Virus record (IMG/VR): IMGVR_UViG_3300028612_001124
DNA length: 45,203 bases
Source of the DNA: a virus
Strand: one strand, 5' to 3'
Part shown: in pieces, positions 15,920-25,200 of the stretch
Position numbering within the stretch: position 1 is the first letter of the stretch
Layout: each line of letters opens with the position of its first letter
The notes under the pieces: generated by a model
What the model saw: the letters and a program-made list of their open reading frames with translations, nothing else
Told to the model about the DNA's origin: nothing
The model's database searches: none
Position numbers and translations under genes: made by a program

Positions 15920-16024
15920 GTGCTAGGTACTCCATGTTACTACCGTCCTTCTGGGACGGCTGGTAATGCGCTCCAGGGAGAGGTGGTTTCGTGGTGGTTA
16001 CTCCTGTCTCCCTGGAGCGAATTT

Positions 16025-16708
16025 TCAGGTAAATTGCATCGAATCCAAACTTTGCGGATCGCCCGGATCGCCCACCGGCTCGCCCACCGGCTCGGCAGGC
16101 GGCGGTTCCGATTGATTGCTATCCATCCAGGTGGGCGGCGTGTCGGCTGTAACGCCGCCTGCGGGGGCGGGCTGGGAAGGTTGGGCGGGCTGGTCAAAAC
16201 CTCCTGTCCGTGAGGGGGGCTGAGTGTTTTGTGTTTCAGGCTGATGCCCTCCCTGGAGCAGTTTTTTCCACCCCCGGTTGCCTTCACTTTTCGGGTTGGG
16301 CGTCAAAAATTCAACCACGACGTTTTTGTCAGTAAACGATCCTTCGCCTATTTCGATGCCTATCCTGATTGCAACCCGACTAGCCTGCAACTCGAAATAG
16401 GTATCAATGTTGTAGCCTTTGCCGCGCGCCTCCAAAATCCGCTTGAAAGCGGTGGCCCCCATTTCACGACCGCCTTGTGTGTTCATGGGGTCTTCGGGAT
16501 CGACGATGTTCGTCCACAGTTTTCGTTTAGCGTGCGGCTGCCCTTCGTCAATGGTCAGTTCACAATCAAGATACGAACCGAAATTTCCATCCTTGTTGAG
16601 AGTTTTTGACCGCTTTTGTTCGCGGACGTGCAGGATGGCAAAGGCAAGGGTGTCGGACGGAATAAGTTCAAATGACCGCCCGGTGTCGGGGGTGTTGGTG
16701 AAATCCAT
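16025..16708 (-). CDS. DUF669-like ssDNA-binding/annealing accessory protein
   Basis: Position between the AAA_24 ATPase and the helicase. N-terminal FELIPSDTLAFAILHV... pattern, then a Pro/Gln-rich acidic tail. Confidence 0.65.
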   Translation of the reverse strand: MDFTNTPDTGRSFELIPSDTLAFAILHVREQKRSKTLNKDGNFGSYLDCELTIDEGQPHAKRKLWTNIVDPEDPMNTQGGREMGATAFKRILEARGKGYNIDTYFELQASRVAIRIGIEIGEGSFTDKNVVVEFLTPNPKSEGNRGWKKLLQGGHQPETQNTQPPSRTGGFDQPAQPSQPAPAGGVTADTPPTWMDSNQSEPPPAEPVGEPVGDPGDPQSLDSMQFT

Positions 16709-16709
16709 A

Positions 16710-17594
16710 TCAGGTAGTTCCTTCCATTTTTGGAATTGAGGTAATCAATTTGTCGCGTTTCGACTTGGCTTTTATTTTTTGGATCAGCCGGCCAAGGTCG
16801 GGCGGTTCCAGAACGTCCAACCGCCCGGATCGGTCCTTGGCCGGATAGCCGTATTCGTTTAGCTGCCGGCAGACAAAGCCACGGTATTGTGTCAATTTTC
16901 CGGTTGCGGCATCGGTATAATCGAAGCTGTTCATCGTAATGATTTGATCGAAAATACCGGGGAGTTCGCGTCCGGCCATGCCGCCAACAATCTGCGGCTC
17001 ATAGACAACCCGCTCGAAATTGTCTGTCTTTTTGTCGAGGATCCCGACAACGATAATAGACTTCGGCTGGTGTTGCAGCACGGTCAGCCAATCCACCATA
17101 TCGCGGCCATGCGCGCCATATTGTCCGCGCGGGTCTTTCTTGCCGGTCTTCTCGGAGATAGCTTCCGGCTGACCGCCCCAATATGCAAACGACCACCGGC
17201 TTGCGACGGTAATGCTATCGACAAATATGGTGTCGAAGTCTCCGAATGGGTGATCGCCCAAGTTAGCGACATACATTGCGTGAGCGTCGGCGTGGTAGGG
17301 ATCCCCGACTTGCGCGGCAGGGTCAGGGCCACCCAACAGACAGGCAAGCGCCTGACACAGCTTCCAGGGGTGGATACCGAAGCGTTGCGCCTCGGCGCGC
17401 ACGTCAATCGACGTGCCGGCCCATTCTTGTACCGCCAACCCGCCGGCCTCAAGATCTAGAAACAAGGTTTTGTCTTCCGGCAAGGTCAGAAGCTGCGAGG
17501 TCTTGCCAATGCCGGACGGACCGAACAGGGCGATATTAACGGCTCGGTTTTCAGCAAGGCGCTGATCGGCGCTGATGAAATTCAACCCACTCAT
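16710..17594 (-). CDS. Sak4-like RecA-family ATPase (AAA_24)
   Basis: Walker A LFGPSGIGKTS followed by LFLDLEAGG. The ATGA start overlaps the upstream gene. Confidence 0.85.
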   Translation of the reverse strand: MSGLNFISADQRLAENRAVNIALFGPSGIGKTSQLLTLPEDKTLFLDLEAGGLAVQEWAGTSIDVRAEAQRFGIHPWKLCQALACLLGGPDPAAQVGDPYHADAHAMYVANLGDHPFGDFDTIFVDSITVASRWSFAYWGGQPEAISEKTGKKDPRGQYGAHGRDMVDWLTVLQHQPKSIIVVGILDKKTDNFERVVYEPQIVGGMAGRELPGIFDQIITMNSFDYTDAATGKLTQYRGFVCRQLNEYGYPAKDRSGRLDVLEPPDLGRLIQKIKAKSKRDKLITSIPKMEGTT

Positions 17595-18019
17595 AGCGTC
17601 ACCGTGATTTTCGGATCGCCATATTTCACGGTTCGCGCAGCGCCAACCTTTTTTGCAATTTCCTCATCGACAAGCCCCTGGAATACCGGCTCGGCCATCG
17701 AGAACTGAACCTTGAATAATTTCTGGACGTTCTCCCAAGGCATGTCGAACGCGATTTTTTGAAGTAAGCCGCTGTCCCACTTGACAGTTTTTGCGATAAC
17801 CGATTCGATTTTCACGTCATCCGGGGCATTGAACGTGACCTTCCCGTGCGATTTATCCACCCGTTCATATTCGCTATGCGCCAGTCCGGCGTATCGCCTT
17901 GAGATTTCCTCGTCGATGCTGGCGATAAACGTCTTTGCGCTTGCCAGACTCTCCGCTGCGGTCTGCCGCATTTCGATAAGCTGCCCGATTGGGTGTTTGG
18001 AATTTTCTTGAAGTGTCAT
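17591..18019 (-). CDS. Hypothetical protein (142 aa), Gp157-like by position
   Basis: First gene after the Cro-like gene and directly upstream of the Sak4-like ATPase. AAGGAACCACCACATG initiation region. Confidence 0.6.
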   Translation of the reverse strand: MTLQENSKHPIGQLIEMRQTAAESLASAKTFIASIDEEISRRYAGLAHSEYERVDKSHGKVTFNAPDDVKIESVIAKTVKWDSGLLQKIAFDMPWENVQKLFKVQFSMAEPVFQGLVDEEIAKKVGAARTVKYGDPKITVTL

Positions 18020-18030
18020 GTGGTGGTTCC

Positions 18031-18258
18031 TTAATTTTTGAGAATAAAGTCACTTATATCCAGGGTAATATCCTGATGTTTGGCGACAGCGAGCAACGTC
18101 AACAAACGGTCGGACGTGATGGATTCCCGTTCGCGCCATTTTTCAATGCCGCCGATGGTGATTTCCTTGTGTCCGATTGCCGCTATCGAATTAACAATAT
18201 TGCGAGCGCCGCCAAGGTGGTGAATTACGGCCCGAATATCTAATTTATGCTCTGCCAT
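18031..18258 (-). CDS. Cro-like / YdaS-like HTH regulator (75 aa)
   Basis: MAEHKLDIRAVIHHLGGARNIVNSIAAIGHKEITIGGIEKWRERESI... It diverges from the repressor gene. ATG 18258 is preferred because the longer form (18345) would run through both promoters. Confidence 0.6.
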   Translation of the reverse strand: MAEHKLDIRAVIHHLGGARNIVNSIAAIGHKEITIGGIEKWRERESITSDRLLTLLAVAKHQDITLDISDFILKN

Positions 18259-18262
18259 GCGA

Positions 18263-18294
18263 TGTAGGATGCCTACTATTTGTCGGGCTGTCAA
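18263..18294 (-). promoter_or_regulatory. Candidate early promoter with everted TGTAGG/CCTACT site
   Basis: Minus-strand TTGACAGCCCGACAAA (18294..18279). Weak -10 CATCCT (18271..18266). TGTAGG-ATG-CCTACT at 18263..18277. The predicted start lies at or near ATG 18258 (leaderless). Confidence 0.4.
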
Positions 18295-18338
18295 TATAAT
18301 AAACAAACCATATTGTCTTTTTTTGTCCGTTAGATTCC

Positions 18339-18372
18339 TTGACATCCCGACAAACGCCTACATATTGTAGGC
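18339..18372 (+). promoter_or_regulatory. Candidate repressor-gene promoter overlapped by a perfect 17-bp palindromic operator
   Basis: TTGACA (18339..18344), 18 nt, TATTGT (18363..18368). GCCTACA-TAT-TGTAGGC at 18356..18372. Confidence 0.55.
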
Positions 18373-18398
18373 TGTCCACAGTAATGGGAAGATAAGAA

Positions 18399-18800
18399 AT
18401 GGAAAAAAATACACGCCTTCCCGCGTCGCTTCTGGCTGCGCGGCGCACGACGCGGGACGAATTTGCCAAGCGTCTTCGCACGGCGATGGATGAGAAAAAT
18501 CAAATGACGCAAGCCGAACTTGCACGCCAGTCCGGCATCAAGAGGGATAGCATTTCGACCTATTTTCGCGCCATAACGCTACCGGATCCTGGGAATCTGA
18601 CCAAACTCGCCAAGGCGCTTGACATGAACTCATATGACTTGCTGCCGTCTAGGAGCAATGAAGAAGCGTTTTCCGAGCCACCGGCTTTTACGATTTCAGC
18701 GATTCCCGACGAGCCAAATAAAGTTTGGTTCCACATCGACCGCGCCATGACGCCGAAGCAGGCGACGCAGATAATGACCATCCTTTCCGAAGACATCTGA
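18399..18800 (+). CDS. XRE-family (CI-like) repressor
   Basis: HTH MTQAELARQSGIKRDSISTYFRAITLPDPGNLTKLAKAL. It diverges from the Cro-like gene and lies upstream of int. Confidence 0.85.
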   Translation: MEKNTRLPASLLAARRTTRDEFAKRLRTAMDEKNQMTQAELARQSGIKRDSISTYFRAITLPDPGNLTKLAKALDMNSYDLLPSRSNEEAFSEPPAFTISAIPDEPNKVWFHIDRAMTPKQATQIMTILSEDI

Positions 18801-18818
18801 CAAGAACAGAGGCAAAGA

Positions 18819-19841
18819 ATGAGCCGAAAATACAACCAAGGCCCGTATCTCGCCCTTAACCGCAATGGCGTTTGGGAGATTCGTTGGTCTGAAAATGGAC
18901 GGTCGAGAACACGAACCACAAATCAGACAGACCGGGCCAAGGCCAACATGGCGCTTGCCCGGTTCACGCTCGATGGCGCACAAAAAGAAGATCGCAAAAT
19001 CTCAATATCCCGAATATTGGAGCTATATTTTAGCGGTCATGTCTTGAGGAAGGTTGTCGATAAGGACCGGGAGCGGCTTATCATTCGTCATCTTGACGGC
19101 TTCTTTGGGCATACCGCCGCGTCGGCAATCAGGATTAGTCATATCGAAGCATATGAACGTCACCGCGCGCCAGCCCGGCCTGGAACCATCCGCCGCGAGC
19201 TTGCCACGCTGGTAGCCTCGCTGAATCACGCAGTCAGGCACCGCCACATGGCACGCGCTGACATTCCTTATATCCCCCTGCCGGCGGCGGCTGTGCCACG
19301 GGACCGATGGCTGACGCGCAGCGAGGCCGCGAGGATCCTTCGCGCGTCCGCAAAGAACAGACAAGGCGGACGGCTAGCGCGAGTTGAACGGTTTGTCTGG
19401 CTTGCGCTTTACACCGCCGCCCGCAGCGGCGCTATCATAGAACTCACCTGGGATCGGGTTGACTTTGATCGCGGTCTTATTGATTTCAATCCGACAGGAC
19501 GGCGGCAGACAAAGAAGCGCCGCCCTGTCGTGCCAATCGCGCCAGAACTTTATCCGGTCTTGCGCCGCGCACGCCGGGAAGCCAACAGTCTGTTCGTGCT
19601 GGATAATGCGGGCACGGTCAGAACATCCTTTGAGAGCTTAATCAAGCGCACGGGAATAAAGACCGTGACCGCGCACACGTTTCGACACACATGGGCAACC
19701 TGGGCGGCGCAGGATGGCGTTGATCTATGGATGATCGGCGGTGTCCTTGGCGACCGCATGGCAACGGTCGAGGCGAATTATGCACACCACCACCCTGATT
19801 TCCTTCGATCTGCAATGGACCGGCGTAAAGCGCAGCGATAG
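18819..19841 (+). CDS. int: Tyrosine integrase
   Basis: YTAARSGAIIELTWDRVD (Arg), HTFRHTWATW (HxxR) and VEANYAHH (Tyr). Confidence 0.95.
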   Translation: MSRKYNQGPYLALNRNGVWEIRWSENGRSRTRTTNQTDRAKANMALARFTLDGAQKEDRKISISRILELYFSGHVLRKVVDKDRERLIIRHLDGFFGHTAASAIRISHIEAYERHRAPARPGTIRRELATLVASLNHAVRHRHMARADIPYIPLPAAAVPRDRWLTRSEAARILRASAKNRQGGRLARVERFVWLALYTAARSGAIIELTWDRVDFDRGLIDFNPTGRRQTKKRRPVVPIAPELYPVLRRARREANSLFVLDNAGTVRTSFESLIKRTGIKTVTAHTFRHTWATWAAQDGVDLWMIGGVLGDRMATVEANYAHHHPDFLRSAMDRRKAQR

Positions 19842-19858
19842 CGCAGCGATAGCGCAGC
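19830..19858 (+). repeat. 11-nt tandem repeat GCGCAGCGATA x2.6 spanning the int stop codon
   Basis: Read directly. The TAG stop (19839..19841) lies inside the unit. Confidence 0.9.
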
Positions 19859-19983
19859 ACAATGCCGCGATCAGCGCGCTAACCGACTGACAAACAACAG
19901 ACAGAATTTTTGCAAAAAACACAGAAATCCTTTTCCAGCCAATAATTACAGGTGGTTGTTCTGTCTGCCTACAATCACATACA

Positions 19984-20033
19984 CCGCGTTCGCAATGCGG
20001 AGGCCAGGGGTTCGATTCCCCTCGGCTCCACCA
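19984..20033 (+). other. attP core candidate: 3' portion of a tRNA-Ala(CGC) gene
   Basis: Anticodon stem CCGCG/TGCGG with loop TTCGCAA (anticodon CGC). T-arm AGGGG-TTCGATT-CCCCT. Acceptor 3' strand CGGCTCC (T at position 70 fits G3:U70), then A-CCA. No D-arm or 5' acceptor strand lies upstream. Confidence 0.7.
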
Positions 20034-20130
20034 CGATTAAGGCATTATATTCAGCTAGTTAGGAAGTGTTTGCCGGGCTTGTCAAAACAGGATACAAACA
20101 CGGAACGCAGCATTTTAGCGGCATCTTTGT

Positions 20131-20844
20131 TCATGCGGCGTTCTCGCTAAACCGCCCCACCTGATCGCCCCAAGCATCCCAGCCGGCGCGCTCTTGCCGT
20201 GCGAACAGTTCAAGATACGGCCCGTCTGCATATTGCTCGATGCGGTCATGTGTTTCGTCAGGCTTGTGGCTATGCTCGCGGCGCGGTGCGATAATGATTT
20301 GATGAATTGACTTGGACAGACGGCGCGGCTTGCCCTTGCGGCCTAGCAATAAAAACTCTGCATTCTGTCTTGTCGTGAAGCCCATGCCCATTGCAAAGCA
20401 ACTTTCATCGACCCAACCATGCAAGATGCCCTGCCGCGCGATTTTCTTTTTGCACTTCAACCAAACAAACGCCAGGGATGACGGCTCAAAACCCCAAGCC
20501 CGCATGACGCCGATATGATCGCCGCGCACAAGATTGGGACCAGTGACCCACATAAACAGGTGGCAGTCCTTGGCCGCAAGATCCACGATCGGCAATGCCT
20601 TGATGTCCGCCATGGACATTGTGTTGTAATGTTGCGACGGACTCCGACCATCCCCTTTGGGTGATCGCAAGGCGAAACTCCAAGGCGGGTCCGCCAGGAT
20701 GACGCCATACCGCCCGCGCGGAACGGCAGATATGTCGGTGTAGGCGGTCAAGCCACAGATGGCCTCCCGCTTCGCCGCAATCGCCACGTCGTAGCACCCC
20801 GCCGAATCCGCGCGCTTTTCATCGGCAGTCAGTTCATCCGCCAT
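20131..20844 (-). CDS. MT-A70 family DNA adenine methyltransferase
   Basis: ILADPPWSF (DPPW) motif. ATG 20844 lies just after the upstream stop. Confidence 0.85.
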   Translation of the reverse strand: MADELTADEKRADSAGCYDVAIAAKREAICGLTAYTDISAVPRGRYGVILADPPWSFALRSPKGDGRSPSQHYNTMSMADIKALPIVDLAAKDCHLFMWVTGPNLVRGDHIGVMRAWGFEPSSLAFVWLKCKKKIARQGILHGWVDESCFAMGMGFTTRQNAEFLLLGRKGKPRRLSKSIHQIIIAPRREHSHKPDETHDRIEQYADGPYLELFARQERAGWDAWGDQVGRFSENAA

Positions 20845-20845
20845 A

Positions 20846-21082
20846 TCAGATCGAGTTTTTGCCCAGCTTGTGATCGCCGCACCAATCATCCTCAAAGACG
20901 ACAGGATACCCGCTCATTGTTGGGGCGCGCCGCCGGCAACGGCCCACCTTGGACTGGGTTGCTGGATAGAGAGTGTCAGGGCCAGCTTTTACGTCAGGCT
21001 TGTCCGAAGCCTTCACAACAAACCACATGCAAGTGCGGCACCGCATCTCGGCACTTTGGTGCGCCCACGGATCGCTTGTCAT
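20846..21082 (-). CDS. Small Cys-rich protein (78 aa)
   Basis: CRTCMWF...GRCRRRAP...DWCGDHK (four or more Cys). Confidence 0.7.
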   Translation of the reverse strand: MTSDPWAHQSAEMRCRTCMWFVVKASDKPDVKAGPDTLYPATQSKVGRCRRRAPTMSGYPVVFEDDWCGDHKLGKNSI

Positions 21083-21084
21083 AA

Positions 21085-21825
21085 TTAGACCCCTTCGATG
21101 TCTTTGAAAAAGATGTGATTGCCGATAGTGACTTCGACATCTCGCCCCTTCGCCCAGTCAGGTTCGCGAGTCCCGCTCCGGTAATAGTGTGTGCATCCGT
21201 TGGTGGGGTCCGAGTCATCTTCGGTCAGAACCGTCATTGCGGCGGAGAGGCAGTCTGTAAGCCGAATATCTCGATAATCTACCGCTTTGATAGCCGCTCT
21301 GTTCGGGTCGTCTTTGTTCCAGCAGGAAAATTGCCAGGGCTTATGACAGACGGCGAAATATCCCTCGCCCCACCAGTCAGGCCGGTTATCGCGCCACAGA
21401 TCGGCATCAACGCGATTGCGAACGACCCATCCCACCGCCATAAGAGGCAGGCGTCCGCTTTCACCTCGCGCTTCGCCGTAGATCGTTCGGGCCAAGGCGT
21501 CAAAATCTCCGGGGGTCATGTCTGTTCCTTTTGGGTTGGATGGCTGCGCGTCGCGGTCAAGGATCATGGCGATAGTCCGGGCATAGCCGGAAATGTCGAT
21601 TACACTTTCAAGGTGATCGGGGGTTTCAGTAAGGCGCGCCATTTTCACGCCGATCATTTCCAGGGCGTGCCGCACTAGATGGTGCGGACAGTCGCTAACG
21701 GCCTGCTTGATAAGCGCAGCGCGAGCAAAGTCCGTTGAAGGGTGTCCGTAGACGCTCCCTCTACGCTCGGTGATGTTGGCGACTTCGCTATCGAATGTTT
21801 TAAGTTTGTTTGTGATGGCTGTCAT
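21085..21825 (-). CDS. Two-domain protein: DUF6378-like N-terminus fused to a SleB-type cell-wall hydrolase (probable endolysin)
   Basis: N-terminal ERRGSVYGHPSTDFARAA...GVKMARL...HLESVIDISGYA. C-terminal ARTIYGEARGES...WQFSCWN...THYY (Hydrolase_2/SleB motifs). Confidence 0.8.
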   Translation of the reverse strand: MTAITNKLKTFDSEVANITERRGSVYGHPSTDFARAALIKQAVSDCPHHLVRHALEMIGVKMARLTETPDHLESVIDISGYARTIAMILDRDAQPSNPKGTDMTPGDFDALARTIYGEARGESGRLPLMAVGWVVRNRVDADLWRDNRPDWWGEGYFAVCHKPWQFSCWNKDDPNRAAIKAVDYRDIRLTDCLSAAMTVLTEDDSDPTNGCTHYYRSGTREPDWAKGRDVEVTIGNHIFFKDIEGV

Positions 21826-21858
21826 GCAGCCACTTATACCGACACATTGTATGCGTGT

Positions 21859-22296
21859 CTAGCGCCTGGGGCCGAATAACTGAAAGCGAATATTCGAGGA
21901 CCGATCTTTTGCGGCGCGTTCGGCGCTTTCAATGTTCGCAAACCCAGGCAGACGACGACCAGTGATTGGATCTACAACCAGACCAGCGGATTCAGACGAG
22001 CCGGCTATTCTACCGTTTTCCAGAATGAACCTAACCGCGTCGTCTTCTCCCGATTGCTGCGGCACACCAGTTCCCAGGATGTCAAAAAGAGTCGGAATAT
22101 TTGTGGGACGACCGCGATTGATGGCTGGGTTTAGAACTGTGACTGACCGTTCGGTCGATAGCGAGTGGTCGAGATTCTGCACCACGGGGCGACCGTCACT
22201 GGTTCTCCCCACAACAAGATTTCCCAGCGGTGGCAGGGATTGGCGCTTATCCCGACCGCGCAGTAGGGATGCGAATATTTCAGCGATATGATCCAT
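21859..22296 (-). CDS. Hypothetical protein (145 aa)
   Basis: ORF track. It starts 4 nt after the giant ORF's stop. Confidence 0.7.
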   Translation of the reverse strand: MDHIAEIFASLLRGRDKRQSLPPLGNLVVGRTSDGRPVVQNLDHSLSTERSVTVLNPAINRGRPTNIPTLFDILGTGVPQQSGEDDAVRFILENGRIAGSSESAGLVVDPITGRRLPGFANIESAERAAKDRSSNIRFQLFGPRR

Positions 22297-22299
22297 CGT

Positions 22300-25200
22300 T
22301 TAGAACCGTGATTGCTGCGCTTTGAACCGCGACTGCCGCGCACGTCGGGGCACATAGCGGCGTGGACCGCTTCCCTTGGGCTTCCTGGTCTTCCAGCCCG
22401 GCTTGCCGGCCACCTCGCTTACAAGCCCCTCGCGCACCGCCGGATGCCCCGCGCCCTGTATTATGCCGGCACCGATGAAGGACCGACTAGTTTTTGTGCC
22501 GGGTATGCGCGATCCAATCATATTCAGCAGAGGATTAATGGCTACATCATAGACAAGTTTTGACATGCGCCGTTCGGCTGTGTTGGTTTTGTCTGAATTT
22601 GACAAAATTGCCGCGATAGTCGAGCTAAATAATTCGGAAAGAAGTCCCAGTTCTGGCCCCAATAAAGCGGTTGCCGGGTCTTTGCGGTATTTGATGCCCG
22701 TCACCAAGTTAATCGGTAAATCAGCTACACCAAGTGCCCCTGAGCGACTCGTTGCCAGCCACCATTTTGAAGCATCAGTGCGTTTCTTTTTCTTCGGATC
22801 GCGCGCGGGATTGTCGAGCATCCAATCACGCAGATCCACCAAGGGAACCTGTGCCAAGACAGCCAGAGAAAGCAATGAAAGTGGGGCCAGCATCCGCAGA
22901 CGATCAGCCGCATTTAGCTTGCCCTTGGGATTAAGCGCCTTAAAAGTACCACGCACAGACCGATTAACCACATTAACTTGGAAGGCGTAAAGGAACCCGG
23001 TCAACTGATAGAACAATCCAAAATACGGGTGTGTCGCCATCCGTGGTTTGTTCGATCCTGTCGGCCCCATTATAACTTGAGAGACAAACCGCATGACCGC
23101 CGTGCGGTAGAACTGCCCCATTTCGCCGTTGACATTGATGGCGTCAATATCGGGTGAGCCGTTATTGTCTAGCACCCACTTGGCAAATTCAGCCTGCCTA
23201 TCGGTTGGGATGCCGAGTTCTTTTGCCAGCACATCCGCTGACTTTTTGCGGTCAATCCTTGTCTCGCCAACAATGTCTGTTGAAATGCGCTTTAAGAACT
23301 GCTGACCGATCCGCATGGACGCAATTCGCGTTGCCTCGGTGAAATCATGCAGACCAATACCCTTAAAAAACCCGCGCAAGATTTTCTGTGCGAACCGCCC
23401 CTGCGTTTCGCCGTCCACACGCTGCTCCAGAAGCATGTCTGTCTGCAAACCTGGAATTAGATTTAGATCCTCCGCAAGCGCGGTCGCCGCCGCCACCTTA
23501 TCGTCAGGATTAACGCCGAATATTCCCTCATTCAGACGCGCGACGATGGATCGAATCGTCCAGGCATATGCTGTAAGGGCGTCTCCGGCATTGCCCGTCC
23601 GTGACGCCGCTACTGCTGGCTCGGACAGTGATGAAATAGTGGCATGATCGAGGAATGTCAGAGAATTTAAGGTTCTAAGAAAACTCGAAAATGTCAGGAA
23701 TCTACTGGTTGGCGATGGCAGGGATCCCGTAGAAGACTGAAGCGCGCGGACAACATCGTGAATATCCATAGCTGTCGCGCCGGCTTCCATCATTTCAGCC
23801 TTGATTTCCTTCCAGACCTCAAGGTTTGGACCCATCCTGCGCGACCATTCAGACCGCCGCGCGGCCCGCCGGAAGTAAAGCGGCAACGCTTCCGCGAGGT
23901 TATTGATGTAAAATTCTTCCATTACCGTATCAGCCGCCGGGGGCAGCTTACGAAGTTTCTCAAAGTTCGCACGCTGACCGGCTGAGACACTTACAAAATC
24001 ATTTCCGTTCGGGGCCGAAAATCCAAGATCGGACAGAGTGATTTGCTCAAGCCACGAATCGGCAAATGCCTTCGCCTCTGTTAGCGTCATATCCATGTGC
24101 CGCTGCGCCAGTTCCATCGCCTTCTGTCTAAATTTTTCAGGTGCCTTCAGGACACGCCCCATGTCCATCACGCGAGGAAAGTAATTTTTAATTTTTCCAA
24201 TTTCGATCCCAGCCTTACGCATGTATTCAAGCTGATCATTCAAAATATCACGAATTGCAGCAGCGGCCTTATCAATCGAACCGCCGTCTTTCAAAATGCG
24301 CCCGCTACGGATTTTTCGGATGATTTGCTTATGAGCCTCCCTTATCTCCTTTGATGTAAGATTCTCGAAAGGCTCAAGGGCTTTGGCCAGACGTGCCGAT
24401 GTCCCATAAAATTCGGCCTGAACCGCTTCCTGATAGGTCTGGGGAACCGCGTTCTCGGATCGACCGAGCGCGGTTGCAAAAAACATATCCGCAAGACGTT
24501 GAACCACTGGGTGTATTTTCTCGCCTGCGCGCGCAATTTTAGAGCCAACGGCGCGGATTACAGCGTCATTCGTCCACGCCGTTATCCTAACCAGACGGGC
24601 AAGGCCCCTGCCTATGGATGTCCCGGCACTGCCGGCATCCCGCGCCATACCTGATGCGGTATCTTTGTCCGTGAATGACTTAACATCTTCACGGATCCCG
24701 TCTGCCCACCGATCAAGTGAATTTTTATCAACGCCGATAATCCGGGCAATGGTTTCGCCAAGATTCTTCCAGACACGCGGATCTGAAATCGGGTTGGAAT
24801 AGAACGTGTCGCGGACAGCGGACGCCGCGCGCTCGTCCGGGGTTTGATTGAACCAGCCTAGCGCGTCGATATGCCGGGCGATTTCAGTTTCCAGGGATTC
24901 GAGTTTTTCAATCGTGGCGTCTGAAGGCTCCCTGTCAATATCTTCGTGAATCGCCTCGCGTTCGCTAAGAAGCGCGTCCATGGAAAACCGAACATCGTCT
25001 TCGGTCTTCGCGTTAGTCTCATCAAGCAATGTCTGGACGTGTTCGGGCGGGGTGTTCAGGCGTTTCTGGCGCGCGGCGGCTTCCTCGGCTGCGGTCTCGG
25101 CGCGCTCGGTCGTGTCTTCAAGGAAGGGGCTTTGCTCGTCTTCTATATCCGTCTGCCGGCTGTCGTCTTTAGCATCGAACAGACCACCTGGGCGTTCGTC

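Noticed and set aside
18031-18345. Long 104-aa form of the Cro-like ORF
   Set aside because: Its first 29 codons cover the AT-rich spacer containing both TTGACA boxes and the everted operator. A start at 18258 fits the promoter geometry.
19940-20033. A complete phage-encoded tRNA gene
   Set aside because: Only the anticodon arm through CCA is present. The upstream sequence (CCTACAATCACATACAC) cannot form a D-arm, and no GGGGCCG 5' acceptor strand exists. It is therefore a tRNA 3' fragment (attP core).
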